A stretch of 64,000 nt of DNA, taken from the NCBI GenBank assembly GCA_026770705.1, contig JANJGN010000010.1, forward strand, positions 111,414,001 to 111,478,000. The letters are read 5' to 3'. This document shows positions 1-13,260 of the stretch, in pieces; within the stretch, counting starts at the first letter, position 1; every line of letters starts with the position of its first letter. The DNA is from Isurus oxyrinchus (lineage: Eukaryota). The notes under the pieces were generated by a model that ran no database searches, was not told the DNA's origin, and saw only the letters and a program-made list of their open reading frames with translations. Made by a program: the position numbers and the translations under genes.

Positions 1-1212
1 CCCAACGTCCATCTTATCTTACCTCTGCTAAGAGCGTGTTCTACATTATAGACGTTACGGCAATTTAAGTGTTACTATTGACCGATGGATTGTCCTGTGT
101 CCAATCCGTGATTGCTGACCATCATGACACTAGTGCATAGAAACTAAATGTTTAGCATCTTGTCCACCTTTCTCTCCACACCTTTGGCCTCGAAGGCTCT
201 CACCCTTACTGGTGTCATGCTTGGTGACAGTCATTGTTATATCCCCCTGAACCTGCAGCCACCAGCTAACAGCCCAGACAGTGGGGATTAGCAGGTTCCA
301 AGAGGTGGAATCACACATAACCTCATCCCGCCCTAACCTGATATACTCCTGTGTGTTTTACTGCAGGGGTCAAGTGGTTGTAATCAAGGTGAGTAATCAG
401 ATCCTTTTTGTTTCCTCTGCCTGCCTTGGGAATCCCAAGGACACATGGACCTTAAGCTGAGGTCAGTCAAATCTACAATAGCCAGTGACTGAAGCTAGGA
501 CCTGTGGGCTACAGGGTTCAGTGCCATGTCACATGGTGCGGTTTTGCCAATGAGCTTTTTGAGCCAGCTAGACTTGTTCATCTTTCTGAACCTTTAAGCT
601 ACATTGCTCACCTTGCGCCACTGTCCCTGATAATAGCCAAAGGCAAGAGTACAGAAATAGTTTAACAAACTGGTGCCAAACCCGCTGTGATTCAGGACAA
701 ACAAGACAATGCTTCAGTAAAATAACAGAGAAAGGAATCTGTTATCATTGCATTCAATGTTTAGACTGTAACATTGCGGAGGTGTTTTTTTACCTTAAGG
801 TTTCTAAAATATAATTTTAGGAAGCTATCAAAGGCAGCAAAGAGTTCCCCAAAGGTTAAAGGTCAAAGGTCAGATGTGCCAGAGAGTGAAGTTAGTGGTA
901 ACTTTGTCTTGATAGTGTGATGGTGTCCAGAAACTGCACTCCCACAGTTTAGGATTTCAACATGACTCCCTTTCCCTGTGACTCATTGCTTTCTATCTAA
1001 TGTCTTGAATGGCTTCCCCAACCTTATCCTCCCCTGGAAGTGCTGAGGTAGCTTCCGTGTCCTGATTAGGATTTCAGTGCTCTAGTCCAAGGGCTGGACA
1101 ATGCAGGCGAGGGGTGTGTTAAACATGTCAACATTACCCCTGGGACCATGTGTGAAACTTAAATCCATGTTCTTATTCAGAGAATTGAGTACGTAACCTA
1201 GGTTGACTATAG

Positions 1213-1980
1213 TTTTTTTAATTCATTCATGGGATGTGGGCTTCGCTGGCTGGGCCCGCATTTATTGCCCTTTTCTAATTGCGCTTGAGAAGGTGATGGT
1301 GAGCTGCTGCCTTGAACCGTTGCAGTTCGTGCGGTGTAGGTACACCCACAGTGCTGTTAGTGGGGGAGTTGCAGGATCTTGACCCAGTGACAGTGAAGTA
1401 ACGGCAATATCTCCATGTCAGGACAGTGAGTGGCTTGGTGGGGCATTTGAAGGTGTGGTGTTCCCATGTGTCTGCTGCCTTTGTCCTTCTAAGATCATAG
1501 CAGTTGTGGGTTTGGAAGGTGCTGCCTAAGGAGCCTTGATGAGTACCTGCAGTGCATCTTGTAGATGGCACACACTGATACTACTGTGCGTCGGTGGTGG
1601 AGGGAGTGAATGTTTGTGGAAGGGGTGCCAATCAAGCGGGCTGATTTGTCAAGCTTCTTGAGTGTTGTGGGAGCTGCACTCATCCAGGCAAGTGGGGAGT
1701 ATTCCATCACACTCTTGGCTTGTGCCTTGTAGATGGTGGACAGACTTTGAGGAGTCAGGAGGTGAGTTACTTGCCACAGGATTCCTAGCCTTTAACTCGC
1801 TCTTGTAGCCACAGTATTTATATGGCTCGTGCAGTTCAGTTTCTGATCAATGGTAACCCTCAGGATGTTGATAGTGCGGGATTCAGTGATTATTGCCATT
1901 GAATATCAAGGGGTGATGGTTGGATGGTCATTGCCTGGCACTTGTGTGGCATGAATGTTACTTGCCACTTGTCAGCCCAT
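1213..1980 (-). mobile_element. Same LINE family as 8240-9330, 3' fragment
   Basis: ORF 1495-1710 MEYSPLAWMSAAPTTLKKLD matches; same tail; interrupts a SINE. Confidence 0.9.
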
Positions 1981-2290
1981 AGTGAAGGCTGAAAGAGTGC
2001 TGCACTGCCAGAGGGGCCATATTTCAGATGAGGCTTTAAACCGAGGCCCTGTCTGCCACCACCCCCACACCCCCTTCTCCTCCTCAGGAGGATGGGAAAA
2101 ATCCTAGGTCACTATTTTGAAGAAGAGCAGGAAAATTGTCTCTATTGTCCTGACAATATTTATCTCTCAGCCAACATCACTAAAACAGATCATCTGGCCA
2201 TTATCACATTGCTAGGAGAAAATTGCCTACCACCTTTTCTACATTACAACAGTGCTTACATTTCAGAAAAAGTATGTCATTGGACACATA
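1980..2290 (+). mobile_element. Deu-domain SINE (SacSINE1-like); head left at ~1150-1212
   Basis: gatgagg..ttaaaccgaggccctgtctg...cactattttgaagaagagcagg...tgtcctg.caatatttat resembles the DeuSINE central domain. Confidence 0.65.
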
Positions 2291-2631
2291 GATAATTCCA
2301 GTAGATGCATATATATATGGATATATGCATTGACTGTCTATAGAAGGAGAGATGGTAGCCTAGTGGTAATATTGCTTGACTGGTGATCCAGCTTAAAGTT
2401 TTGGGGGCACGGGTTCAAATCCTATCATGCTGTTGCTTCATTCATGGATACGTCTCAATTGTAACTAAATTCAAAAATTGGCAGCTTGAGATATTCTCAC
2501 ATTAATTAGGGTAGACTGGAATTTATTTGCTCACATGAAGGATAAACACCAACACAGGCTGGTTGGGGTGAATGGCTTGTTGCATGTATATATCACCCAT
2601 CAGAACCCCTGGACATCATAAACCACTTTAT

Positions 2632-2905
2632 GTTATTTTTCTTTCATGGGATGTGGGCGTCACTTTCAAGGCCAGCATATATTACCCATCCCTAATTGCC
2701 CTTAAGAGCAGTTAAGAGTCAATGCCATTACTGTGGGTCTGGAGTCACATGTAGGTCAGACCAGGTAAGGACAGCAGATTTCCTTCCCTGAAGGACATTG
2801 GTGAACCAGATGGTTTTTTACAACAATTGATGATAGTTTCATGGCCACCATTACTGAGAATAGCTTTATATTCCTAATTTTTTAAAAAATAATTGAATTT
2901 AAATA
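2632..2905 (-). mobile_element. tRNA-derived SINE sharing its 3' tail with the 8240-type LINE
   Basis: catgggatgtgggc...ccctaattgccc tail plus gtgggtctggagtcacatgtagg.cagacc core. Confidence 0.65.
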
Positions 2906-2929
2906 TTTTTTTAAATAATTGGCAGACTC

Positions 2930-3375
2930 ACGGGAAGCATTCAAAAAATTCTACGTGTACAGTGTAGACATGACTCCACAAAGGAAAGGAAGATAAATTT
3001 AGAGCCCCCTGATTACCTAGAGGTATACAGGTAAGATAAAGCAGAAAAAGAAAGCTTACCACAGTCACACAAAAAAAGAAAGCCTAGAGGAGTATAGAAA
3101 ACATAGGGGTGAAGTAAAAAATGAAACCAGGAAAGCAGAGGATATGAAAAAATATTGGCAGGTAAAATCAAGGGAAACCCAAAGATGTTTTATCAGTACA
3201 TTAAGAGCAAGAGAGTAACTAAGGAAAGGGTAGGGTCTATCAGAGATGTACATGGTAACTTGTGCTCTGATGCTTAAGATGTGGATAGGGTTCTTAATGA
3301 GTACTTAGTCTCGGTCTTCACAAAGGAGAGGGATGATGCAGACATTCTAGTTAAAAAGGAGTGTGAAACATTAGA
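2930..3375 (+). mobile_element. Degenerate CR1 ORF2 fragment
   Basis: VLNEYLVSVFTKE and KGRVG..RD motifs of the CR1 endonuclease-RT linker. Confidence 0.7.
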
Positions 3376-3789
3376 TGTGTGTGTGTGCAAGAGAGTGGGT
3401 GTGTTCGCAAGAGAGTGGGTGTTCATGTGTGTATCTTCTACAGTGGGAGTTTTCACCAATGGAACTGCCTGGGACATACCAAGGGTTGATTTCCGTGGGG
3501 TGACTCCCTCTATGGTGAATCTGTTGGAAATCCCCTTACCAACTCCGCTGCAGTTACAGTGATGTAGAGGGAGATCCCCTGGCGAAACTGACCCATGCTG
3601 TGTGAGGGAACAAAAGGCAGTGCCCTCTAACTGGGTACAGGATAGTCCGCTGTCCACCCCTAGTGCCTACACCATCTGGATGTTAGAATGGTATAGGAGC
3701 GGGTGAAGCCAGAGTTCACTGTTAACAGTGGCATACGGTTTGTGACTGTACTGTAGATTGTGCTCCTGATCCATACTCAACAGGAGACC

Positions 3790-4030
3790 TGGGCTTTCAC
3801 TCCTGATCTGTGCTGAATTATCTGATCTCAGACAGGCACCAGTAGAGGTGCCTCAGCCAGAGCTAGAGAAAGAGAGAGAGAAAATAAATCAGCTGTGGCT
3901 TGTACCCTTGCTTACTGCAGAGTGGCTCCTGTTGGAATGTGCTTAGACTCATCTGCAATTCCCTCCATAATGAATAGCCTGCAGTTATTTACTTTCGAGG
4001 CTCATACATGAAACTTGACCATTTTCATGA
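3790..4030 (+). repeat. Ancient SINE-like repeat (related remnants at ~260-540, 5720-5900, 20480-20610, 36110-36400)
   Basis: Recurring degenerate motifs (ctgatctcag, aaaatcagc, gaatagcctg) recognised by eye; family not named. Confidence 0.4.
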
Positions 4031-4059
4031 CACACAGGAGAACTGACAGCTTCAACGAA

Positions 4060-4570
4060 ACTGTAAGAAAGACTTGCATTTGATATTACACCTTTCACAA
4101 CCTCAGAATACCTGAAAGTGCATAGTCCCTGTTGTGATGCAGTAAATGTGATAACCAATTTACTCACCGCAAGATCCTTTTTTTATTCATTCACGGGATG
4201 TGGGCATCACTGGCTGGACCAGCATTTATTGCGCATCCCTAGTTGCCCTTGAGAAGATGGTGGTGAGCTGCCTTCTTGAGCCACTGTAGTCCTTATAAAC
4301 AGCAATATGAAAATGACCAATTAAATAGTTTTTGTGATGTCGATTGGGAGATAAATATTGTCCAGAACACTTCAAAATTGCACCATATGCTCCTTTACAC
4401 TCAACTGAGAGGGCAGATGGGACCTCGGTTTAACATTTCATCCAAAAGACAGCATAGTACTGTACTGAAGTGTCAGCCTAAATGTGGCGTTTAATTCTCT
4501 GGAGTGGGACTTGAACCCACAACCATCTGATGCAGAAGCAAGGAGCACTATCCACTAAGCCACAGCTGAT
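4060..4570 (-). mobile_element. Deu-domain SINE, interrupted by a LINE tail (~4180-4290)
   Basis: B-box-like ggttcaagtcccactccag on the minus strand plus the same body as other copies. Confidence 0.65.
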
Positions 4571-6591
4571 ACCAACATACAGTAGTTAACTGAATGAGCA
4601 ATCCAGAAGTCAAAAGTTCAAATGTCACCGAAGGAAAGTAGTGAACTTTAATTCAATAAATCCAGTAATTTGAGGGCTAGCACCAGGAATGATCATGAAG
4701 CTGTTAGATTTTTGTTAAAGATAAACTGGTTCACAAATGACCTTCAGGTAAGGGTCCTGCTGCTCCTAGCTGGTCTAGCTTATGTGTGACTAAGTTTGAA
4801 TGCTCTCTGCAGTCACTGAGAGGACAACCATGGAATGGCATTAAGTGATGGCTTTGCCAGCAATGTCCATATCTCAAGAACATGGTTTCCTCAAAACTGG
4901 AAGCTCGATTGTTGTGTAAGTTCAGGACTGAGATCGATAGATTTCTACATATTAAAAACATTAAGGGATACGGGGCTGGTGCAGGAAAATGTTGTTGCAG
5001 TGGGAGATCAGCCATGATCTCATTGAATGGCAGAGTGGGCTCAAAGGGCTGAATGGCCTACTCCTGCTCCTATTTCTTATGTTCTTATGGAAGGAATAAA
5101 AATGGCTAGTGTCTCACAAGTTTGCCACTGGGAGCCAAGAAAGCAGGGACAAATCTCCAGCCAAGATAATAAATAACTCCGAGAGGCTGTTTTCACCTGA
5201 CAAAAATTGAATATTATTCTTGGCAAGTTGATGAAAAGACCCAGTTTGCAAAACAAGTTAAATGAACTTCCTGACGAAGAGCAATGGTATTTTTATTGTT
5301 CTGATGTCTGGGCGACAAATCATTTGGTCAGGCGAGATCTTAAGAAATCTCTGGAATGTTGACGTTTCCTAAAAACATAATTTGCATTTAAAAATGACAG
5401 GAAGGGCTGACACAATGAGTCGAATGGGTTATTGTGAAAGGAGCACCAGATAAGGGAGCAACAATGGCTGTTTAGGAAGTGCATGTTTTCATGTGGCCAG
5501 ACACCTCCAGGACTGTGGCTCTTAGGTTCTTCAGAAAAGTGGTTTCTGTCAATAGAATGAATTATGGTCTGGAAGCTCCTGAGCAACAGCTGGTAGTGTT
5601 TTCATCTACGACCCCTGCCCTGATAAATGCCAAGTGCCCATCAATTTCCGATTGCGCACACTGATTCATACTCTGGCAAGCTTTCAATGCCAGGATGAGA
5701 TACACAGGCACTGGCTCCAAGCACACTTGATCAGGTTCCAGGTTCAATCCCCTCATCAGCCCTAAGCCTGAGTGGCAGTGTAGGTGTTACAATTGGCATA
5801 AACACCCCGGGGAGGGGATGAATGTAACAAGGTTGCTGCTAGGGGTTGTCATGCAATGACTGCATTGTGCAAAAGTGTGTGAGACCCAGATTAAGCTTGC
5901 TGTAATATCTAAATGCCACATTATTAACGTAGAAATTTAATACTGCATGTATATTATAAAATGGATTCACCACCTTCCCTCTATACTTATAGCAGAGTCG
6001 GGAGGTGAGTGACTTTGATTGCTGACTGAACTGTTATTAATGAGGATTAGAGCAAGTCACTCAATAATTGACAACTTTCTAGTTGCCTTTTATGATACAG
6101 TCATAGCCCAAATTCAGTGTTATCTTTGATATCAACACACAATTTGTAGGGAGTCAATCGAGTGTCGAGGGCTGGAGACTACGGGACAAGATGAAGTTTC
6201 CTTTTCACTTCTGGTCAGGTCAGATTCTGAGTCTGGTTTCAGGCCACCTTTACTCTATAACTGTAATGGCGATGTGAAGCAAAACTACTACCTATGGCAC
6301 AGTGTGAATGCACCCTTAATAAATAGTAGATAGTGGGCAGTAAATGGAGGTAAATTAGGAGATCTGGATTAGGCGCTCCTAGTCTGAACGTTAACACTGC
6401 TTTACTGTAACAAAAATTGACAAATCTCAGCCGAAATTACATCTTGAAAACAGGCCATTCAGCCCAACCAGCCGGTGCTGGTGTTTATCCTTAACACGGG
6501 CAGGAGTCCTAATGCCATATACCCTTTCTGAATCGATATCTCTTCATTCTTTCTTTCCCTCCAACTGTGTATCCAACCTATTCTTAAATAT

Positions 6592-6838
6592 GAAAACAAA
6601 GAAAACTGCGGATGCTGGAAATCTAAAACAAAAACAGAATTACCTGGAAAAACTCAGTAGGTCTGGCAGCATCGGCGGAGAAGAAAAGAGTTGACGTTTC
6701 GAGTCCTCATGACCCTTCGACAGAACTCGAAATCAAGTTCTGTCGAAGGGTCATGAGGACTCGAAACGTCAACTCTTTTCTTCTCCACCGATGCTGCCAG
6801 ACCTACTGAGTTTTTCCAGGTAATTCTGTTTTTGTTTT
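6592..6838. mobile_element. Non-coding palindromic Penelope-derived mini-element
   Basis: 103-bp inverted arms (6625-6727 / 6736-6838, one mismatch) homologous to the PLE terminus at 16361; perfect 14-bp TSD ctattcttaaatat at 6578-6591 and 6839-6852. Confidence 0.9.
6736..6774 (+). ncRNA. Minimal type I hammerhead-ribozyme-like motif, variant core (mirror copy at 6689-6727, minus strand)
   Basis: AGTT-CTGTCGA-A-GGGTC(atgag)GACTC-GAAA-CG-TC-AACT gives stem I AGUU/AACU, a 5-bp stem II, a loopless palindromic stem III and a GUC triplet. The core is CUGUCGA, not CUGANGA. Confidence 0.55.
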
Positions 6839-6894
6839 CTATTCTTAAATATTTCTAGCTTCAACCTCCAGTATTGCTTTCCACAGCCTCACAA

Positions 6895-7813
6895 ACCTAC
6901 ATTTATTTTTTTCTAAATTCCCCGGCTTCTTTTCCTCAAGCTCTTGTATTTGATCTTGTTTATCAATGAGCCCCTTGTTCCTGATCTCCCAGAACCCGCC
7001 AATTCTATTCATAATTTGATAATGATGCTTTCTGTCAGACAAAAGGGTTCATCTCCAGGGTCTTGAACTCTCCTTCTGATTCTCTTCTTCCCTGGGTCAC
7101 CACATACATTCAAGCTGCCTTCCATGCACTCTCTCTCACTGACTCAGCCATCAATAGTAACACTGCTTCACACGCCCATAGCAAAGAGTTACATACCTTC
7201 AGTTAGCTTTTTGGACCTTCTTGCCTCTTGCAAGCTGTTCTCGCTATAAATTTGCTTTCTGCAGCTTTTGTCTCTTTAAATCTGAAGCTTGGAGCCTTTC
7301 TCTCTGCCCCTCACTCTTAACTGCACTTAACAGGATCTTTTCCAGGTTCCTTTCCTTCCTTTGACTAGAAGGTCTACTTGGGACTTTCTCCTATTCCACT
7401 CCCCTGGATCTTGGGTTTTTTTCTTTTAGTTTGGGACAAGTTATTTGTCCCCTTTGCTCTGGTCTCTCCTGGTAGCTGTCTTCAAAACCAACTGAACTCA
7501 AGCAGCTTCTTAATCAAAACTGCTGTTTCAAGTTTCTTCTGTGTGTCTGTGGAAGGGATCTGCCTCTATGGACCTCTGTTACTAGGCAAAAGCCCAGTTT
7601 CTCTACTCTTGTTTATTTAACTTAGCTGCAACAGTTGTAAAACTCTCTTTAGAAATGGAGGCACCTTTTAAAGTGAAACTAAAACACTACTTGACCCTTT
7701 CTTAACACACAAATACAGAAATACAAATCAAACTTAAACTTTAAAGTTAAAACTCATTCCTAACACCTGCAAATACCAATATAACTTACTTAAACTATCT
7801 CTACTTCCTAACA
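6895..7813 (-). mobile_element. Possible LTR-like remnant
   Basis: Abrupt compositional block beginning TGTTAG on the minus strand at 7813; no second end, TSD or coding motif found. Confidence 0.3.
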
Positions 7814-8239
7814 ATGTAATTACAGGCTGTGCTGACCCTGGCAGCAAGGATGAAGTGATAATCATGCATTCACTCGCCAGGGCACTCTACACAAATATGA
7901 TTCGTTCTTGCTAATGTGCTCCAGTTAACTGTAATTACTTGGAAGCATTTCATTTAAATTCTGTGGACCATGATGTAATTACACAGTAATAGACACTTAA
8001 TTACAGTATTGGCAAAATTGCAATGTAACTAAGGTATTACAATAACTATTTACATTCTGATTAAGTTGACTGTTTATTCATTTCAATGGGTGTATGAATT
8101 AATCATTTTCACTTTGGGTTTTTCTGGAATAAAGGAGCCAGTTTTAGCAATGCAAATCTCACACTCACACCTTGCTTCCCCAATCAGTAGGAATATTTAC
8201 GTTTCTGTAACAACCTTAGGACATCCCAAATGCGTAGTG

Positions 8240-9330
8240 TAATGGGAATTGGGGAAAACTCTGTGCTGGTTGGAGTCATACCTAGCACAAAGGAAGATGG
8301 TTGTGGTTGTTAGAGGTCAGTCATCTCAGCTCCAGGACTTCACTGCAGAAGTTCCTCAGGATAGTGTCCTCGGCCCAACCATCTTCAGCTGCTTCATCAA
8401 TGACCTTCCTTCCATCATAAGGTCAGAAGTGGGGATGTTTGCTGATGATTGCATGTTCAGCACCATTCACAACTCCTCAGATACTGAAGCAGTCCATGTC
8501 CAAATGCAGCAAGACCTGGACAATATCCAGGCTCGGGCTGATAAGTGGCAAGTAACATGTGCGCCACACAAGTGCCAGGCAGTGACCATCTTCAACAAGA
8601 GAGAATCTAGCCAACGCCCCTTGATGTTCAATGGCATCACCATCACTGAATCCCCAACTATCAACATCTTGGGGGTTACCATTAAACAGAAACTGAACTG
8701 GACTAACCATATAAATACTGTGGCTACAAGAGCAGGTCAGAGGCTGGGAATCCTGAAACGAGTAAATCAGCGCCTGACTACCCGAAACCTGCCCACCATC
8801 TACAAGGCACAAGTCAGCAGTGTGATGGAATACTCTCCACTTGCCTGGATGAGTGCAGCTCCAACAATGATCAAGAAGCTTGACACTGTCCAGCACAAAG
8901 CAGCCTGCTTGATTGGCACCCCATCCACAAACACTCACTCCCTCCACCACCGATGAACAGTGGCATCAGTGTGTACCATCTACAAGGTGCGCTGCAGAAA
9001 CTCACCAAGGCTCCTTAGGCAGCACCTTCAAAACCCACAACCACTACCATCTAGAAGGACAAGGGCAGCAGACACATGGAAACACCACCACCTGGAAGTT
9101 CCCCTCCAAGTCTCTCACCATTATGACTTGGAAATATATCACCATTCCTTCACTGTTGCTGGGTCAAAATCCTGGAACTCCCTCCTAACAGCACTGTGGG
9201 TGTACCTACACGACGTGAAGTGGTTCAAAAAGGCAGTTCACCACCACCTTCTTGAGGTACAATGAGGGATGGGTAATAAATGCTGGCCTAGCCAGTGACG
9301 CCCACATTCCGTAAATGAATGAAAAAAGAA
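8240..9330 (+). mobile_element. 5'-truncated CR1-group LINE, second family (RT C-terminus and 3' tail)
   Basis: ORF 8249-8956 VPQDSVLGP...MFADD...QQDLDNI; tail aataaatgctggcc...cccacat..aatgaa(A)n. Confidence 0.9.
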
Positions 9331-9660
9331 ATCACTGCTGTAATATAGGAAACATCATCCAATTTTCACACAGCAAGATCCCACAAACAACATTGAGGTA
9401 ACGACTAGATAATCCAGCTTAACAATAATTGACTAGGACACCAAGGAAAACCCCTCTGCTCTTCTTCAAATATCACAGTGGGATCTTCTGTGTTGACTCA
9501 GAGGGCAGGTGGTGCCTCAGTTGAATTGCATGTTGGAAAGATAGCTCCTCTGCAGGTGTAGCACTCCCTCGGCACTGCACTGGAGTGTCAGCCCATCTAG
9601 GCTCAAGATGTGAAACCCCAATCTTCTGACGAGAAGGTTCTACTGGGCAAAACTGACATC
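9331..9660 (-). mobile_element. Deu-domain SINE (tail at ~8190-8240, split by a LINE)
   Basis: Same body: ctgctcttcttcaaat...gggatctt...gcactccctc.gcactgcactggagtgtcagcc. Confidence 0.6.
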
Positions 9661-10479
9661 TACATCTGATTTTATAGGGCCTGATAGAGGCTCAGAAGTT
9701 ACAGGAATTGACTAAGGTTTGGCAGCAATCATTTGGCTGGTGCCTGATTTTCCAATGGGTGATTTGAGGGTACCAGAATGAAGATCCTCATTTCATTATG
9801 ATGAAAACTGTTGTGTCTTTTGGTTGCTATGCAAACTTGGCCCATTAAAATTGGGCGCAGGAGTGTCATAGGAGGCATGGCCTGCTAAAACTGGCTTCTC
9901 CATCAACAAAGGAAGTTGTTGCACTTTTGGCCTTTTTTTACTCTATCTTTAGCCATCTACCCCTATTTCCTGTTATTTAGGTAAACCTGCTTGTATACCC
10001 AGTATAACAAATGGAAATTCCTTCTTTATCCTCCTCCTAGTATTGATTCTATCCCACGCATTCACAGGATCCCCAGTGCCTTGGAAAATTGTAGATATAT
10101 TGTAGCCCTGAAAATCCTTCCCTTTCAAGTAGTTTTTCAGTTCCCTTTTAAAAATAATTACCCTTTCAGGCAGTGCAATCTGCCATGTTGAGGGGTTGCC
10201 TGGTGCTAGCATAATGGACTTGTCTGATTCTGGTAGCTGTTGACATCATACATGAAATGAAGTAATGCCTTTGAATTAGCTTTTTATGGGGTTTGAATCC
10301 ATATAGTAACGTTGTCCATGATTTGAAACTGATTGGCACTGACATGGCAATCTCACTGACCTGTCATTGTATACAAACAGCAATATTTAGGAAGGAACTG
10401 TCTCACTGAGAGGACACGGGCTGAAGATAATTGCCAAAAGAATTGAAAGGGAGATGAAAATGTTTGTTATGTGGCAAAT

Positions 10480-12160
10480 TTTTCGATGAGGTAACCAAGA
10501 TGGTTGATGAGGTTTCGTGTGGTGTATATGGACTTCCAAAAAGTGTTTAATAAAGTGCCACATCATAGACTTATCAGCATTGTTGAAGCTCATAGCATGA
10601 AAGGGAGAATGGAAACGTGGATACAAAATTGACTGAGTAACAGAAAACAGAATAGTGGCAACTGGTTGATTTTCAGACTGGATGAAGGTGTTCTCTAGAA
10701 TTGGTACCCGGTCCACCACTAATCCTGGCCTATCTTCATGGGCGAGACTTGGGTGCACAGGGCACAACTTCAAAACTTGTAGATGGTGCAAAACTTGGAA
10801 GTGTTGTGAACTGTGAAGAGAATAATGATAGACTTCAAGAGGACATAGACTGGTGGGATGGATGGATCTGTGGCTGATAAAATTTAATGCAGAGAGGTGG
10901 GAAGTGATACATTTTGTTGGAAGATTGAAGAGAGGCAAAATAAAGGGTTAATTCTAAAGTGGCTACATGAACAAAGAGACCTGGTGGTATTTATTTGCAC
11001 AAATCATTGAAGGTGGCAGGGCAGGTTAAGCAAGTGGTTAAAAAGACATTTTGGGATCCAGGGCTTTATAAAGAGTCATAAGAATACAAAAGCGAGGGTG
11101 AACCTATATAAAATTCTGGGCATGCAATCATTCAGGCACAAAAAGAGGCCATTCAGCCCACTGAATTCAAGGCTGCTCTCTGTAGAGTAATCCAGTTCAT
11201 TCCCATTCCCCCGCTCTATCCCTGTAGCCCTGCAAGTTTATTTCCCTCAAGTGCTCATCCAATTTCCTTTTGAAATTGTTCATTACCTCAGCTTCCATCA
11301 TTCTCATGGGCAGCGAGTTCATTATCACTCACTGTGTAACAAGCTCTTCCTCACATTCCCCTAGCATCTCTTGCCCAAAACCCTTAATCTGTGTCCCTCA
11401 GTTTCATGTACCACCAACTGATGGGAACAGTTTCTCCTTATCTAACTTATCTAAACCTGTCATTTTCTTGTACACCTCTATTAAATCTCCCCTCAATCTC
11501 CTTTGCTCCAAGGAGAATAACTCCAGCTTCTCCAATCTAACCTTGTAGCTAAAATTCTCCATCCCTGGAACCATTCTGGTAGATCTCTTCTGCATCCTAT
11601 CAAGGACCCTCACATCCTTCCTCATGTTTCTAAAGTAGTTCAGCTTCTACTGGAATATTGTATCCAATCCTGGGCACCACACTTCAGGAAGAATGTGAAG
11701 GTTTTAGAGTGAGTGCATGGGATGGATAAGAATGGTTCATTCCAAAGAAGAGGGACTTCAGTTACATAGATGGATTGGAGAATCCATGGCTGTTCTCCTT
11801 AACGAAGAGAAGATTTCAGTGAGGTATTCAAAATCATGAGGAGTCTGGACAGAGTATTTAGGAAGAAACTGTTCCTTTTAGTGGAAAAATCAAGAGACAG
11901 AGGACATTGATTTAAGGTAAATGGCAACAGAACCAATGGAGACATAAGGAAGATGTTTTTCCACAGTGAGTAGTTAGGTTGTGGAATGCACTGCCTGAAA
12001 TTGTGACTGGAGCTTTCAAAAGGAGTTTGGATAAGCACCTTGAAGGACAGAAAGTTACCAGGTTGTGGGGACAGGGTGGGGGTGCAGGACTAGCTGAGAT
12101 GTTCTTGCAGAGAGCTGGCACAGAGTTGATGGGCTGAATGGCCTCCTAGTGTGCTGTAAC
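10480..12160 (+). mobile_element. Old CR1 RT/3' fragment interrupted by an inverted CR1 3' fragment (~11130-11625, minus)
   Basis: gtgtatatggacttccaaaaag..taaagtgcca (VYMDFQK..KVP) on plus; ORF 11404-11625 (-) RKDV..L.RMQKR.TRMVPG. Confidence 0.75.
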
Positions 12161-12374
12161 CACCCTGAAAAGACAAATATTCAGGACATCAGGGATGTGG
12201 GGCTATTTGAATAGTTCTTTCAAGGAACCAGCACATGCGCGATTAACCAAATGACTTCCCTCAGTGAAGTAAATTTCTAGCTGAGATTGAATTACAGGCA
12301 TGTCGGGAGATGTCTTGTTGATTTTTCTGTCCTCTTGTGATTGAACCATTCCAACACTTAATTAGCCTTAGACT

Positions 12375-12495
12375 ACATGTAGGTGCAGCGGTTCCAGAAG
12401 GCAGCTCACCCCCACCTTCTCAAGGGCAATTGGGGATGGACAATAAATGCTGGCCCAGCCAGTGATGCCCACATCCCATGAATGAATTTTTAAAA
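12375..12495 (+). mobile_element. Short 3' tail fragment of the same LINE family
   Basis: gcagcggttccagaaggcagctcacc...caataaatgctggcccagccagtgatgcccacatcccatgaatgaat. Confidence 0.75.
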
Positions 12496-13260
12496 ATCTT
12501 TATTCCCTGGTTGTTCTTTGTTCATAGGAGTCTTTTTGCTCCTTAATGATAGAGTCACTATCAGTGAAAGACTAATGTGTGGGGTGCAGTTGTGGTGTTC
12601 AGGTGAGTTGATTTGAAGTACAAGCAGTACTTCTGGTTTTGCGACAGTAAATCTGTGTAATGTCAGTCGAGATAAGATGTGACACCACCAGGAATAAGCA
12701 GAACTGCGCTGCATCGCAATTGCGGCAGTATAATTCCAATCCGGTATGAAGTCACATTGATGAGGGTTATTGGTGATCCACTGGACCACCTGGAAGCCAT
12801 TGAATCTTGGCAATGTTTTTAGTATGATGAGTAAGCTTATCCATCCTGAGAATGCTGCCAATGTTGAAACTAACCAGTCAGTTACCTGAGGTAACCTGTG
12901 TGGTGTTGGACTTGGTTAAAGGGATGCTGCTATATTTGTAACACAGCTGTGAAAATACCCTCAGTCATGTAACAATGCCTAAGGGGCAAAGCCATGCCCC
13001 TTGGGCACTGCCACATTGCTGGTGGGGCCAATGCTCGGCAGGTAAGCCTATGTCTTGCTGGGTGGTGAGGGGTACAGTGCCTGAGGAGCCACCATGTTGG
13101 GGGTGTATAGAGTCAGGGCAGGTGGGATAGCCCCTGCGAAGGTGGGCATCACGATATTGTGATGCCCACAGACGCTGTTCTACCCATTTGCCCACTCCTT
13201 TAGACAGTAAAGTTTTGCTTCTGCCCCCTGACCTCCTGAATTTGTTTCCTTTCTCTGCAG

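Noticed and set aside
2350-2430. tRNA-like sequence with A/B boxes (tagcctagtggtaa...gggttcaaatcc)
   Set aside because: A degenerate SINE head; it does not form a full cloverleaf.
6625-6838. Hairpin as a canonical miRNA gene or a DNA-transposon MITE
   Set aside because: The arms are homologous to Penelope termini, asymmetric and flanked by a 14-bp TSD; no miRNA evidence from sequence alone.
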